From contig DASUVK010000045.1 in the NCBI GenBank assembly GCA_036378975.1, forward strand, positions 8,497 through 72,496: a stretch of 64,000 bases of DNA, in the 5' to 3' direction. This stretch comes from Allosphingosinicella sp. (GTDB lineage Bacteria > Pseudomonadota > Alphaproteobacteria > Sphingomonadales > Sphingomonadaceae). Below, piece by piece: positions 33,503-41,840 of this stretch (the first letter of the stretch is position 1; the number at the start of each line of letters is the position of its first letter). A program made the translations under genes and the position numbers. A model generated the notes under the pieces. The model was not told the origin of the DNA, made no database searches, and saw only the letters and a program-made list of their open reading frames with translations.

Positions 33503-33636
33503 TGCCCGAATTCGTCCAGGGCTCGCTTTGGCTGGCGGTGCCGCCGATCGCGGTGCTCGGCCTGATGGTCTTCTGGCTGGTCAAGCTGCGCCTGCCGAGG
33601 CGGCTCACCCGCTTCGCCCGCAAGGCGGCGGCGTGA
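33502..33636 (+). CDS. candidate small membrane protein (44 aa)
   Basis: Its ATG shares 1 nt with the upstream TGA, and its own TGA overlaps the GTG of the esterase (GTGA). It has one TM helix plus a basic tail (KLRLPRRLTRFARK). Third-position G+C is about 41 of 43 codons. Confidence 0.5.
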   Translation: MPEFVQGSLWLAVPPIAVLGLMVFWLVKLRLPRRLTRFARKAAA

Positions 33637-34592
33637 GGAAGGCGGTGCGGATCCTCGCCTGGTTGGGCGGCGGCATCCTGCTGCTGCTGTTGCTCGCTTT
33701 CTACCTGCTCTACGCGCCGACACCGCCCGCGCCGCAACTGAGCGCCAAGCCTCAGGCCGGCACGATCAGGATCGGCGCGCGCGAGCGCCAATATCTGGTC
33801 TACGCGCCGGCGCGGCGGGCGGCCTCCCCTGCCCTGCTGGTCGTGTTCCACGGCCGGATGGGCAGCCCGGCCAGGATCCGGGCCGAGACCGGCTACGGCT
33901 TCGATCGCCTGGCGGACCGCAACGGCTTCGTCGTCGCCTACCCGCAGGGTTTCGAAGGCCGCTGGAACGACTGCCGCAAGGCCGGGGACGATCCGGCGCG
34001 GCGGCGCGACATCGACGATCTCGGCTTTTTCGACGCTCTGGTCGAACGCCTGCGCCGCCAGCACGGCGTCGATCCGTCGCGGGTGTTCGTCGCCGGCGTG
34101 TCGAACGGCGGGCAATTCGTCTACCGGCTGGCGCTGGAGCGGCCGCGGGCGATTGCCGGCGCCGCGGTGTTCGTCGCCGGCCTGCCGAGCCGCGACAACA
34201 ATGGCTGCACATCGCGCGGGCCGCCGCCGCCGATCCTCATCGTCAACGGCACCGACGATCCGATCAATCCTTATGAGGGCGGGATGGTCTCGCTGTTCGG
34301 CTTCTCTCACCTCGGCACCGTCGTCTCGGCGCGCGACAGCGCTCTCTACTTCGCGGGAACCGGCCCCGGTCCCGCGGCCGCCCGCCTACCCGCCCGGGCC
34401 CGCGGCGACCGCACCTGGGTCGAGCGATCCGTCTGGCACAGGGCGGGACGCGGCGAAGTGGTTCTGCTGTCGGTGCATGGCGGCGGCCACGTCGTGCCGC
34501 AAGCCGTCTACCGGCCGCCGCGACTGCTCGGCCGCGTCACCAGCGCGATCGACGGGCCGGCCGAGGCGTGGAAATTCTTCCGCCGCCAGTGA
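33633..34592 (+). CDS. PHB depolymerase family esterase (LpqC/COG3509-like), membrane-anchored
   Basis: An N-terminal TM anchor (ILAWLGGGILLLLLLAFYLL), the nucleophile elbow GVSNGG, and DDLGF are present. The GTG at 33633 is preferred over the ATG at 33528 on frame-composition grounds. Confidence 0.85.
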   Translation: MRKAVRILAWLGGGILLLLLLAFYLLYAPTPPAPQLSAKPQAGTIRIGARERQYLVYAPARRAASPALLVVFHGRMGSPARIRAETGYGFDRLADRNGFVVAYPQGFEGRWNDCRKAGDDPARRRDIDDLGFFDALVERLRRQHGVDPSRVFVAGVSNGGQFVYRLALERPRAIAGAAVFVAGLPSRDNNGCTSRGPPPPILIVNGTDDPINPYEGGMVSLFGFSHLGTVVSARDSALYFAGTGPGPAAARLPARARGDRTWVERSVWHRAGRGEVVLLSVHGGGHVVPQAVYRPPRLLGRVTSAIDGPAEAWKFFRRQ

Positions 34593-34658
34593 GGGGGACC
34601 GGCGGATCAAAGCCGGAAAGCGAACCGGACAGTTATCGGCAAGTGGAATCCTGCCCCT

Positions 34659-35351
34659 TCAGGCCTGGGGCTGGACCTGGCCGCCGGTCGAGAAGCGGCC
34701 GGACTGCTTCGACTGGGCGATGGCTTTGGCGACGCGCAGTCGCACCAGCCAGAATGCCATCGCGGCGAACGGCGCGAATGCCAGGGCGAACAGGATCGGC
34801 GAGCCGCGCACCGCTTTCGGCAGGACATCCTGCTGACCGAGGAAGAAGGAGCCGGTGGCGATGAAGAAGGCGAAGCACATCCGCCACAGATGACGGGAAA
34901 TCCGCTGAACGGGAGTGAGCTTCGCCCGCAGGATCGCATTGAGGTCGAGCAGGCCGGCGAGCAGGCAGATTCCGGCGAGGACGAACACCGGGCCGCGGCC
35001 CGCGGGGGTCGTGGCTCCCGTCAAAGCACTCCAGAACATCAGCGCGGCAGTCCCGAGCGCGACCGCGCAGGCGACGATCTCGAACCTGCCGGTCGTCCCG
35101 TCGCGACGGCGCGCGGCGGCCCAGGACGTCGCGACGAAATAACAGACGAAGACCCCGCTGATCGGAGAGCCTGGCGACGACCTGAACGGCTCCAGGATCG
35201 AGGCCGTGACGCCGAGAACGAGCATCGAGGCGAAGAACCCGGTGCCGGCGCGGGCGTGCAGCGGGCCGCCCTTGCGCGCGATCACCGCGACCGCGCCCGC
35301 GACGAGGGCAAGGCTTCCGCCCGCAATATGGAGCCACAGGAGGACGGTCAT
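34659..35351 (-). CDS. integral membrane protein (about 6 TM; possibly DUF2306-like)
   Basis: 230 aa starting at MTVLLWLHIAGGSLAL. Its ATG overlaps the stop of the upstream HTH gene (ATGA). The rest of the 333-aa listed ORF is Arg-rich shadow sequence. Confidence 0.7.
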   Translation of the reverse strand: MTVLLWLHIAGGSLALVAGAVAVIARKGGPLHARAGTGFFASMLVLGVTASILEPFRSSPGSPISGVFVCYFVATSWAAARRRDGTTGRFEIVACAVALGTAALMFWSALTGATTPAGRGPVFVLAGICLLAGLLDLNAILRAKLTPVQRISRHLWRMCFAFFIATGSFFLGQQDVLPKAVRGSPILFALAFAPFAAMAFWLVRLRVAKAIAQSKQSGRFSTGGQVQPQA

Positions 35352-35605
35352 GCCGCCACGCTTTCCTGTCCGCCCGCGACGGGCCCCTCGCCGGCCGCGG
35401 CGTCGGGCAGGAACTCCAGAATATCGCCGGGCTGGCAGGACAGAGCGGCGCAGATCGCCTCGAGCGTCGAGAAGCGGATCGCGCGGGCCTTTCCGGTCTT
35501 CAGGATCGACAGGTTCACGATCGTGATGCCGACGCGCTCCGCAAGCTCGGTGAGCGTCATGCGCCGCGCGTGCAGCACGTCGTCCAGCTTCACCAGGATC
35601 GCCAT
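35348..35605 (-). CDS. XRE-family helix-turn-helix transcriptional regulator (YozG-like)
   Basis: 85 aa. MAILVKLDDVLHARRMTLTELAERVGITIVNLSILKTGKARAIRFSTLEAICAALSCQPGDILE is the characteristic YozG-type sequence. Confidence 0.9.
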   Translation of the reverse strand: MAILVKLDDVLHARRMTLTELAERVGITIVNLSILKTGKARAIRFSTLEAICAALSCQPGDILEFLPDAAAGEGPVAGGQESVAA

Positions 35606-35607
35606 CG

Positions 35608-36138
35608 TCAGATCGTCCCTTCGAGGTCTTCGCGCATGCGCGCGCCTTGCGCGAACACACGGGCGAGCACGAAGGTCAGCAGCACGGCGAGCCAGCCGTT
35701 GATCGAAAAGCCGGCATCGAGATTGACCGGGTGCGCCGGCGTCGAGACCGCCTTGGCGATCGCCGCGATGACGAGGCTGAGCAGCTGCAGCGCCAGCAAG
35801 GCCCAGGCGATGGCCTGCAGGCGATCCGCGTTCGCGGCGACGAAGGGATCGCCTGCGCGGACCGTCTCGACCATTCCGAGCAGCCGCTTGAGCACGACAT
35901 AGTTGAGCGGAATCGTGGCGAGCCCGATTATGGCGACCGCGCGCAGGCCCAGGATCAGCCGATCCGCTTCAGGCGACGGAGACAGGTCGAACGCGCTCAT
36001 GATCCATCGCTCGTTGGGCATGGCGAGGAGCAGGACGAGGATCGCCACACCGTACAGCCAGTTCACGACGATGAGGATTCGCAGCAGGACATAAGCGATC
36101 GGAAGCGCGGCGGAATAGGGACGGGACATCGATGGCAC
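35608..36138 (-). CDS. DUF2975 domain-containing membrane protein
   Basis: 176 aa with about 4 TM. It is the usual upstream partner of YozG-like HTH genes, 2 nt from the HTH start. The start is GTG at 36138 or ATG at 36129. Confidence 0.8.
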   Translation of the reverse strand: MPSMSRPYSAALPIAYVLLRILIVVNWLYGVAILVLLLAMPNERWIMSAFDLSPSPEADRLILGLRAVAIIGLATIPLNYVVLKRLLGMVETVRAGDPFVAANADRLQAIAWALLALQLLSLVIAAIAKAVSTPAHPVNLDAGFSINGWLAVLLTFVLARVFAQGARMREDLEGTI

Positions 36139-36148
36139 CCCATTGTTG

Positions 36149-36176
36149 TTATCGGAAGACGATAATTACCTTATCG
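36149..36176. promoter_or_regulatory. candidate operator: three TTATCG/CGATAA half-sites forming two overlapping palindromes
   Basis: TTATCG-GAAGA-CGATAA-TTACC-TTATCG sits in an AT-rich patch 11-38 nt upstream of the DUF2975 start. Confidence 0.4.
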
Positions 36177-36295
36177 ACAGTCGTCAAGGCCAACATCGAT
36201 ATTCGTAAAGTCGAGATCCATGCCCGGGAATCGCTCGAATTCATGCTGCCCGTCGCCGCAGACGACAGGGACCGGAAGCGCCGACCCCGATAGGC

Positions 36296-37783
36296 TCAGC
36301 GCGGGTCGGCGGCGATCGTGTAGAGGGCCGGATCGGCGAGCTTGCGCCCCAGCGCGACCATCAGATCGGCATCCTCGGCGGCGCCGTCGAGGACCAGCCC
36401 GGGTCCCGGATTGTCGGCCGGCGAATGATAGGGCCCGGCGAGGAAGGCGCCGAGCCTTTTCATGTCGGAGAAGGAGCCGCCGACCATGATCGCCGGCACC
36501 CCGGCGCGGGCGAGCGCCCAGCCGTCCTGGCGTTCGACGAAGGCCGCGGCCTCGTCATCCTCGTCGAGGGCGCGGCCGGCCTCGGCGACGGTGCGGTCGA
36601 TAAGCGCGTCCAGGGCGGCGAGGCCGCGCCCCATCACCGCCACCTTCTCGCCCTTGGGCCCGATCGCGAGCGTGTCCATGTTGATCGCGGCGACGAGCGA
36701 GGACAAAGGCACGACCGGGCGGGCGGCGAAATATTCCGCGCCGAGCAGGCCCATCTCCTCGGCGGTGGTGGCGAGGAAGAGGATGTCGCGCTTCGGCCGC
36801 GGGCCGCGGGCGAGGTCGCGGGCGATCTCGAGCAAGGCGGCGATGCCGCTGGCATTGTCGACCGCGCCGTTGCAGATCCGGTCCGCCCCTTCCGGATCGC
36901 AGCGGCCGAGATGGTCCCAATGGCCGAGGTAGAGCAGGCTCTCGCCGGTGGCGCCGGCACCCCTGAGCCGGCCGACGACGTTGCTGGTGGCGATCGTCTC
37001 GATCGCGGTGGCGACCTCGAAGCTGGCGCGCAGCCGCAGTGGTACCGGCGTGAACGAGGGACCGGGCACGGCCAGCAAGGCGGCGACGTCGCTGCGGCCG
37101 GCGCGGAACACGCTTTCGGCGGCCTTTTGCGAGATCGCTCCCGCGATCGGCGCCGGGGCGTGGATGGCGAGGCGCTTCTGGCCGGAATCGTAGATGCGCT
37201 GGACGACCGGCCAGGGCAGAGCGTCGCCGACGATGCCGATCACCGCCGCGGCGCCGCGCGCGGCGACCGCCTCGACCCGCTCCGAATAAGCGGGAAAGCC
37301 CGCCGTGTCGGGCGCGTCGTAGAGGATGAGGACGACCGCGCCGTCGAGGTCGGCGCCGGCGAGCTGGTCGATGCCCTTGCCGGGGATGACCGCGCCGTGC
37401 CCGGCGAAGACCACCGGCGCGTCGGCGAGCGTCTCGCGCTCGGAACGGCCGACGAGGAGGAGGTCGTCGCGGTCGAGCTCGATCCGCTCGGCTTTCTTGC
37501 CCCGGCCCTGCCAGCGGCTGGTCTGGTCGCCCGGCCGGCGCACCACCACTTCGAGCGGCTGATACCAGCTGTTGCGCGGCCCGGCCGGCTCGAGACCGGA
37601 CGCGCGCATCTGCCCGGCAATATAGGCGATCGCCTTCTGCTCGCCCTCGGTGCCGGGCGCGCGGCCCTCGAAGGCGTCGCTGGCAAGCACGTCAATATGG
37701 CGGCGCAGCGCCTCGGCCGAGATCGCCTGGGCGGCGGCAGGCAGGGTGAGGAGAAAGAGGACGGCCAGCAAGCGAAACTTCAT
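36296..37783 (-). CDS. M28 family metallopeptidase (aminopeptidase), secreted
   Basis: 495 aa with signal peptide MKFRLLAVLFLLTLPAAAQA and the M28 motifs HWDH, NGAVDNASG and EEMGLLG. It is the only real part of the 1150-aa listed ORF. Confidence 0.9.
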   Translation of the reverse strand: MKFRLLAVLFLLTLPAAAQAISAEALRRHIDVLASDAFEGRAPGTEGEQKAIAYIAGQMRASGLEPAGPRNSWYQPLEVVVRRPGDQTSRWQGRGKKAERIELDRDDLLLVGRSERETLADAPVVFAGHGAVIPGKGIDQLAGADLDGAVVLILYDAPDTAGFPAYSERVEAVAARGAAAVIGIVGDALPWPVVQRIYDSGQKRLAIHAPAPIAGAISQKAAESVFRAGRSDVAALLAVPGPSFTPVPLRLRASFEVATAIETIATSNVVGRLRGAGATGESLLYLGHWDHLGRCDPEGADRICNGAVDNASGIAALLEIARDLARGPRPKRDILFLATTAEEMGLLGAEYFAARPVVPLSSLVAAINMDTLAIGPKGEKVAVMGRGLAALDALIDRTVAEAGRALDEDDEAAAFVERQDGWALARAGVPAIMVGGSFSDMKRLGAFLAGPYHSPADNPGPGLVLDGAAEDADLMVALGRKLADPALYTIAADPR

Positions 37784-37827
37784 CCCCCCGCTTAGGGCGC
37801 GGCGGGCGCACGAGGCAAGGGGCGCGA

Positions 37828-37865
37828 GGGGACACGTACTTTTCGACCGAAAAGTACGTGTCCCC
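37828..37865. repeat. perfect palindrome A (18-bp arms, 2-nt centre)
   Basis: GGGGACACGTACTTTTCG-AC-CGAAAAGTACGTGTCCCC. Confidence 0.9.
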
Positions 37866-37889
37866 ATGTACGCCGGATCGGGAGGCAAG

Positions 37890-37927
37890 GGGGACATGTA
37901 CCTTTTGACAAAAAGGTACATGTCCCC
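37890..37927. repeat. perfect palindrome B (17-bp arms, 4-nt loop)
   Basis: GGGGACATGTACCTTTT-GACA-AAAAGGTACATGTCCCC. It is in tandem with copy A, ends 3 nt from the stop of the CitE-like gene, and is plausibly a terminator. Confidence 0.9.
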
Positions 37928-37929
37928 AT

Positions 37930-38730
37930 TCACGCCCGCGCCTTCGCCAGCACCCGCCGTGCCTGCTCGACGTGCATGCGCTCGATCATCTCGCCCTCGA
38001 AGCGCGCGGCGCCGCCGGTGGCGGCCGCGAGCAGGCGCTTCGCCGCCGCGACCTCCGCCTCGCTCGGGCCGAACAGGCGGTTGGCGGGCTCGATTTGGTC
38101 GGGGTGGACGAGCGACTTGCCGTCGAAGCCGAGGGCGCGCCCTTCCGCGCATTGCGCGGCGAAGCCGTCGGCATCGTCGAGCTTGTTGTAGACGCCGTCG
38201 AAGGCGGCGACTTGCGCCGCGCGGGCGGCGAGGAGGATGATCTGGAGCGACGTCGCCAGCGGCGCGCGGTCGCCGCCGGGGCGCAGGCCGAGGTCGGCGG
38301 CGAGGTCGTTGGTGCCGGCGATCAGGCCCGCCGTCTCGGGCGCGATGGCGGCGGCGGCGAGGACGCCGCGGGCGGTCTCGATCATGGCGAGGACGGGCTT
38401 GCCGGTGGCGCGGGCGACGTCGCGCACCGCTTCCGGACCGGGCGTCATCGGCACGATCACATAATCGGCCCGGCTCGCCGCCGCCGCCTCGAGGTCCGGG
38501 GCGTGCCAGGGGTCGCGCGAGTTGATCCGGATCGCACACCGGCCCGCAAACCCTGCCGCCGCCGCTTCCACCGCGGCGGCGCGGGCGCCGTCCTTGTCGG
38601 TGGGCTTCACCGCATCCTCGAGGTCGAGCACCACGACATCGGCGGCCAGCCCCCTCGCCTTCGCCACCGCGCGCGGGTTCGAGGCGGGCAGGAACAGCAA
38701 GGAGCGGCAGAGGCTGAGGTCGGCGATCAT
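37930..38730 (-). CDS. HpcH/HpaI aldolase / citrate lyase beta subunit-like (CitE family) protein
   Basis: 266 aa from [19 protein letters not shown], with [14 protein letters not shown] and [11 protein letters not shown]. Confidence 0.85.
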   Translation of the reverse strand: MIADLSLCRSLLFLPASNPRAVAKARGLAADVVVLDLEDAVKPTDKDGARAAAVEAAAAGFAGRCAIRINSRDPWHAPDLEAAAASRADYVIVPMTPGPEAVRDVARATGKPVLAMIETARGVLAAAAIAPETAGLIAGTNDLAADLGLRPGGDRAPLATSLQIILLAARAAQVAAFDGVYNKLDDADGFAAQCAEGRALGFDGKSLVHPDQIEPANRLFGPSEAEVAAAKRLLAAATGGAARFEGEMIERMHVEQARRVLAKARA

Positions 38731-38803
38731 GTCCCGATTTCGCTTGGAAGCGGCTCCACTTGCCCGCATTATGCACGGGTCCGCAAGGGGAGGCGCGTCC
38801 GCC

Positions 38804-39787
38804 ATGACCATCACCATCGTTTTCTTCTTCCTGCTCATATTGGTCGTGCTGTTCCTGATGTCCGGCATCAAGATCGTCCGCCAAGGCTATCATTACACGA
38901 TAGAATATTTCGGCCGCTTCACCGCCGTCGCCCATCCCGGGTTCAATTTCTACATGCCGTTCTTCTACCGGGTCGGGCGCAAGGTGAACATGATGGAGCA
39001 GGTGCTCGACATCCCCGGCCAGGAGATCATCACCAAGGACAATGCGATGGTCTCGACCGACGGAGTCGTCTTCTTCCAGGTGCTCGACGCCGCCAAGGCC
39101 GCCTATGAGGTCAGCGACCTCTACGTCGCGATCATGCAGCTCACCACCACCAATTTGCGAACCGTGATGGGCTCGATGGACCTCGACGAGACGCTCAGCA
39201 AGCGAGACGAGATCAACGCCCGCCTGCTCTCCGTGGTCGACCAGGCGACCGAGAGCTGGGGGGTCAAGATCACCCGGGTCGAGATCAAGGACATCCGCCC
39301 GCCCGCCGACATCGTCAACGCGATGGGCCGGCAGATGAAGGCCGAGCGCGAGAAGCGCGCCGTCATCCTCGAGGCCGAGGGCAGCCGCGCCTCGGCGATC
39401 CTCAAGGCCGAGGGCCAGAAGCAGGGCCAGATCCTCGAGGCCGAAGGCCGGCGCGAGGCCGCCTTCCGCGACGCCGAGGCGCGCGAGCGCGAGGCCGAGG
39501 CGGAAGCCAAGGCGACCCAGGTCGTCTCCGACGCGATCGCCGGCGGCAACACCCAGGCGATCAACTATTTCGTCGCCCAGAAATATGTCGAGGCGATCAG
39601 CGGCTTCGCCACCTCGCCCAACGCCAAGACGATCCTGTTCCCGGTCGAGGCGACGGCGTTGATCGGCACGTTGGGCGGAATCGGCGAGCTCGCCCGGGAC
39701 GCGCTCGGCCAGGGCGGCGGCGGCGAAGGCGGCCCGCCGGCGCGGCACGGGCCGTTCGAGGGCCGGGGCGAGGTCCCCGGCCCGTGA
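38804..39787 (+). CDS. SPFH/Band 7 (stomatin-like, QmcA-type) membrane protein
   Basis: The ATG at 38804 follows AAGGGGAGG. It has an N-terminal TM, an SPFH core ([18 protein letters not shown]...[10 protein letters not shown]) and an EA-rich coiled coil. Confidence 0.93.
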   Translation: MTITIVFFFLLILVVLFLMSGIKIVRQGYHYTIEYFGRFTAVAHPGFNFYMPFFYRVGRKVNMMEQVLDIPGQEIITKDNAMVSTDGVVFFQVLDAAKAAYEVSDLYVAIMQLTTTNLRTVMGSMDLDETLSKRDEINARLLSVVDQATESWGVKITRVEIKDIRPPADIVNAMGRQMKAEREKRAVILEAEGSRASAILKAEGQKQGQILEAEGRREAAFRDAEAREREAEAEAKATQVVSDAIAGGNTQAINYFVAQKYVEAISGFATSPNAKTILFPVEATALIGTLGGIGELARDALGQGGGGEGGPPARHGPFEGRGEVPGP

Positions 39788-40248
39788 GCGGCCTCGACCT
39801 CGAGCCGCACTGGATCTGGCTGCTCGGAGCGATCGCGCTCGGCATCGCCGAGCTGATCGTCCCCGGCGTCTTCCTGATCTGGCTGGCGGCGGCGGCCGCG
39901 GTTACCGGCCTTCTCACCCTCGCCTTCGGCATCGACCTCCCCTTCCAGTTCGCGACCTTCGCCCTGCTCGCCATCGCCGCCGTCTATTCGGGCCGCCGCT
40001 GGTACGTGAACAACCCGATGCCGAGCGCCGACCCGCTGCTCAACGACCGCGCCGCGCGGCTGGTCGGACGGACGGTGACGGTGGTGGCGGCGATCGACAA
40101 TGGCGAGGGCCGGGTCAAGGTCGGCGACAGCGTCTGGTCCTGCCGCGGCCCGGACGCGCCCGAAGGCGCGCGGGTGCGGATCACCGGCGCCGACGGGTCG
40201 TGCCTCAAGGTGGAGCCGGTCGCGGCGATCGAGGGGCCGGCGGGCTAA
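39784..40248 (+). CDS. NfeD family protein
   Basis: 154 aa with two or three TM segments and a C-terminal OB-like domain ([16 protein letters not shown]). Its GTG overlaps the SPFH stop (GTGA), the canonical SPFH-NfeD pairing. Confidence 0.85.
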   Translation: MSGLDLEPHWIWLLGAIALGIAELIVPGVFLIWLAAAAAVTGLLTLAFGIDLPFQFATFALLAIAAVYSGRRWYVNNPMPSADPLLNDRAARLVGRTVTVVAAIDNGEGRVKVGDSVWSCRGPDAPEGARVRITGADGSCLKVEPVAAIEGPAG

Positions 40249-40642
40249 TTCCTCCGCCGCCTGCGGCGCACGATGAGCCTGCCCGGGGTCCTGCTTGGGC
40301 GAGATCGGGTATAGCACTCTTTGCGAGAGGGTCGCGAGGGCGCTTCCCGCTTTCCCTTCCGACGCGGGCACGAAGGCGGCGTCGCCGCCGGTTCGGTCCC
40401 GAATCGGCACAATGTTCGGCCCGGAGCGCTCTCCCGCCCGGGAAGGGGAAGTATCCCTATGCGGAATCGCGGAAATGGGCATACTCGCCGCGCCCGACTC
40501 GGGCCAGTCTTCAGTGCGTGTCGCGTTCGCGAAATGCGGAGAACGGGGGGTATCCCAGCTCGATTCGTACGGTTCGGCAGCCGCCGGGCCTGGGGAAGCT
40601 CGGCCTTCCGCTTGCAAGCGCGTTCAATAATGGAGGAACGAA

Positions 40643-41725
40643 ATGCACAACGTACTCGGATCGTTCGTCGAGCGAAATTCGGATGACGGGGATGGCACGC
40701 TGACCGCGGACGTGACGCCCGAAAACGGGAAACTGAAGTTCACCGTCGGAGCCGACGGCGACGACGCCGCGCAGATCCGGACCACCCAGTTCAACGGAGT
40801 CAAGATCTCCGACCTGACGAAGCTTCAGTACACGACCAACGTGAGCCAGTGGGTGGATGGCCAGGCGATCTACATCATCATGCAGGTCGACCTGGACGGC
40901 GTGCCCGGCGGTGCGACGACCCTGCTCTTTTTCGAGCCCGTCTATCAGAGCGCGACCTTTTTCCCGTCCAACCCGCAAGGAACGGTCGCGCTCAATACCG
41001 ACCAGACCTGGGATGCGCTCAACGGCGGGTGGTGGAGCACGACCGGCCTGGGCGGCGCGGGCCCGGGCACGGACGTGAAGTCGCTCGACGAGATCCTCGC
41101 GGCCTATCCCAACGCGACGGTCGGCTTTTCCGAGCTCGGGGCGATCCGCTTCGTCGCCGGGTTCGGTGCGGGAGCGTGGGACAATTTCGTCGGAACGCTC
41201 GACGACGTCGTCATCGGAGTGGGCGGAATCGATACGACGTTCGCGTTCACGGACACGGTTCATACGATCGACGGGACCAACCAGTCCGATGTCATCCACG
41301 GCGATCAGGACGGACCGTCGGCCGACCACATATTCGGCAATAACGGCAGCGATCAGCTGTTCGGCGAAGCGGGGTCCGACACGCTCGAGGGCGGCAACGG
41401 CAACGATTCGCTCGACGGAGGCTCCGGCAACGACGTTCTTGCCGGCGGAAACGGGCAGGACGTGCTCACGGGCGGATCGGGCGCCGACATTTTCGTGTTC
41501 GGAAGGGGCGGAGGATCCGACGTCGTCGTCGACTTCGACTCGGCCGGGGGCGATCGAATCCGGCTCGAGGACGGGCTTGCCATCAAGAGCGTCAAGGTGT
41601 TCGACGCGAACGGCGACGGAATCCTCGATACCCAGCTCATGCTGAGCAACGGCTCGGTGACGTTCTACGGAACCGGTTCGACGCTCGACACGGTCGCCGA
41701 ATGGAACGCGCTGGTCGTGATCTAG
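40643..41725 (+). CDS. calcium-binding RTX-repeat protein (putative type I secretion substrate)
   Basis: 360 aa with no signal peptide and six tandem GGxGxDxUx nonapeptides (GNNGSDQLF ... GGSGADIFV). The ~230-aa N-terminal domain is unassigned. A good SD (GGAGGA) precedes the ATG. Confidence 0.85.
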   Translation: MHNVLGSFVERNSDDGDGTLTADVTPENGKLKFTVGADGDDAAQIRTTQFNGVKISDLTKLQYTTNVSQWVDGQAIYIIMQVDLDGVPGGATTLLFFEPVYQSATFFPSNPQGTVALNTDQTWDALNGGWWSTTGLGGAGPGTDVKSLDEILAAYPNATVGFSELGAIRFVAGFGAGAWDNFVGTLDDVVIGVGGIDTTFAFTDTVHTIDGTNQSDVIHGDQDGPSADHIFGNNGSDQLFGEAGSDTLEGGNGNDSLDGGSGNDVLAGGNGQDVLTGGSGADIFVFGRGGGSDVVVDFDSAGGDRIRLEDGLAIKSVKVFDANGDGILDTQLMLSNGSVTFYGTGSTLDTVAEWNALVVI

Positions 41726-41803
41726 GCGGCGTCCCGGCGGCGAGCCCGGGAGGGCCGCCTCGTCTCAAAGCGGGGGACACCAAGCGGGGGGACGCGCGAA
41801 GCG

Positions 41804-41840
41804 GGGGACACGTACTTTTTCCTGAAAAGTACGTGTCCCC
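41804..41840. repeat. perfect palindrome C (16-bp arms, 5-nt loop), same family as 37828/37890
   Basis: GGGGACACGTACTTTT-TCCTG-AAAAGTACGTGTCCCC, lying between convergent genes (RTX gene + / DUF2171 gene -). Confidence 0.9.

Noticed and set aside
36296-39748. A 1150-aa minus-strand ORF that looks like a giant protein.
   Set aside because: Only 36296-37783 (the M28 peptidase, with its own signal peptide) is credible. The upstream two thirds run through the palindromes and are out of frame with the CitE-like gene and antisense to the SPFH gene. That part translates to Arg/Pro/Gly-rich sequence.
40385-40415. A tRNA T-arm-like string (CCGGTTCGGTCCCGAATCGG) in the RTX leader.
   Set aside because: I could not build an acceptor stem, D-arm or anticodon arm around it, and the loop and stem lengths are wrong. 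I found no tRNA genes anywhere in the window.
40412-40630. A 72-aa ORF (MFGPERSPAREGEV...) ending 12 nt before the RTX start, considered as a possible leader peptide or partner gene.
   Set aside because: Its third-position GC is only moderate, unlike real genes here. Its composition is Ser/Gly/Ala/Arg-rich, it has no SD, and several overlapping ORFs of equal quality exist in other frames.
41771-41813. Three closely spaced GCGGGGGACAC repeats, considered as a possible mini CRISPR array.
   Set aside because: The repeats are only about 11-13 nt long, with 3-6 nt between them. There are no spacer-sized unique segments and no cas genes. They are reiterations of the tip of the adjacent palindrome arm.
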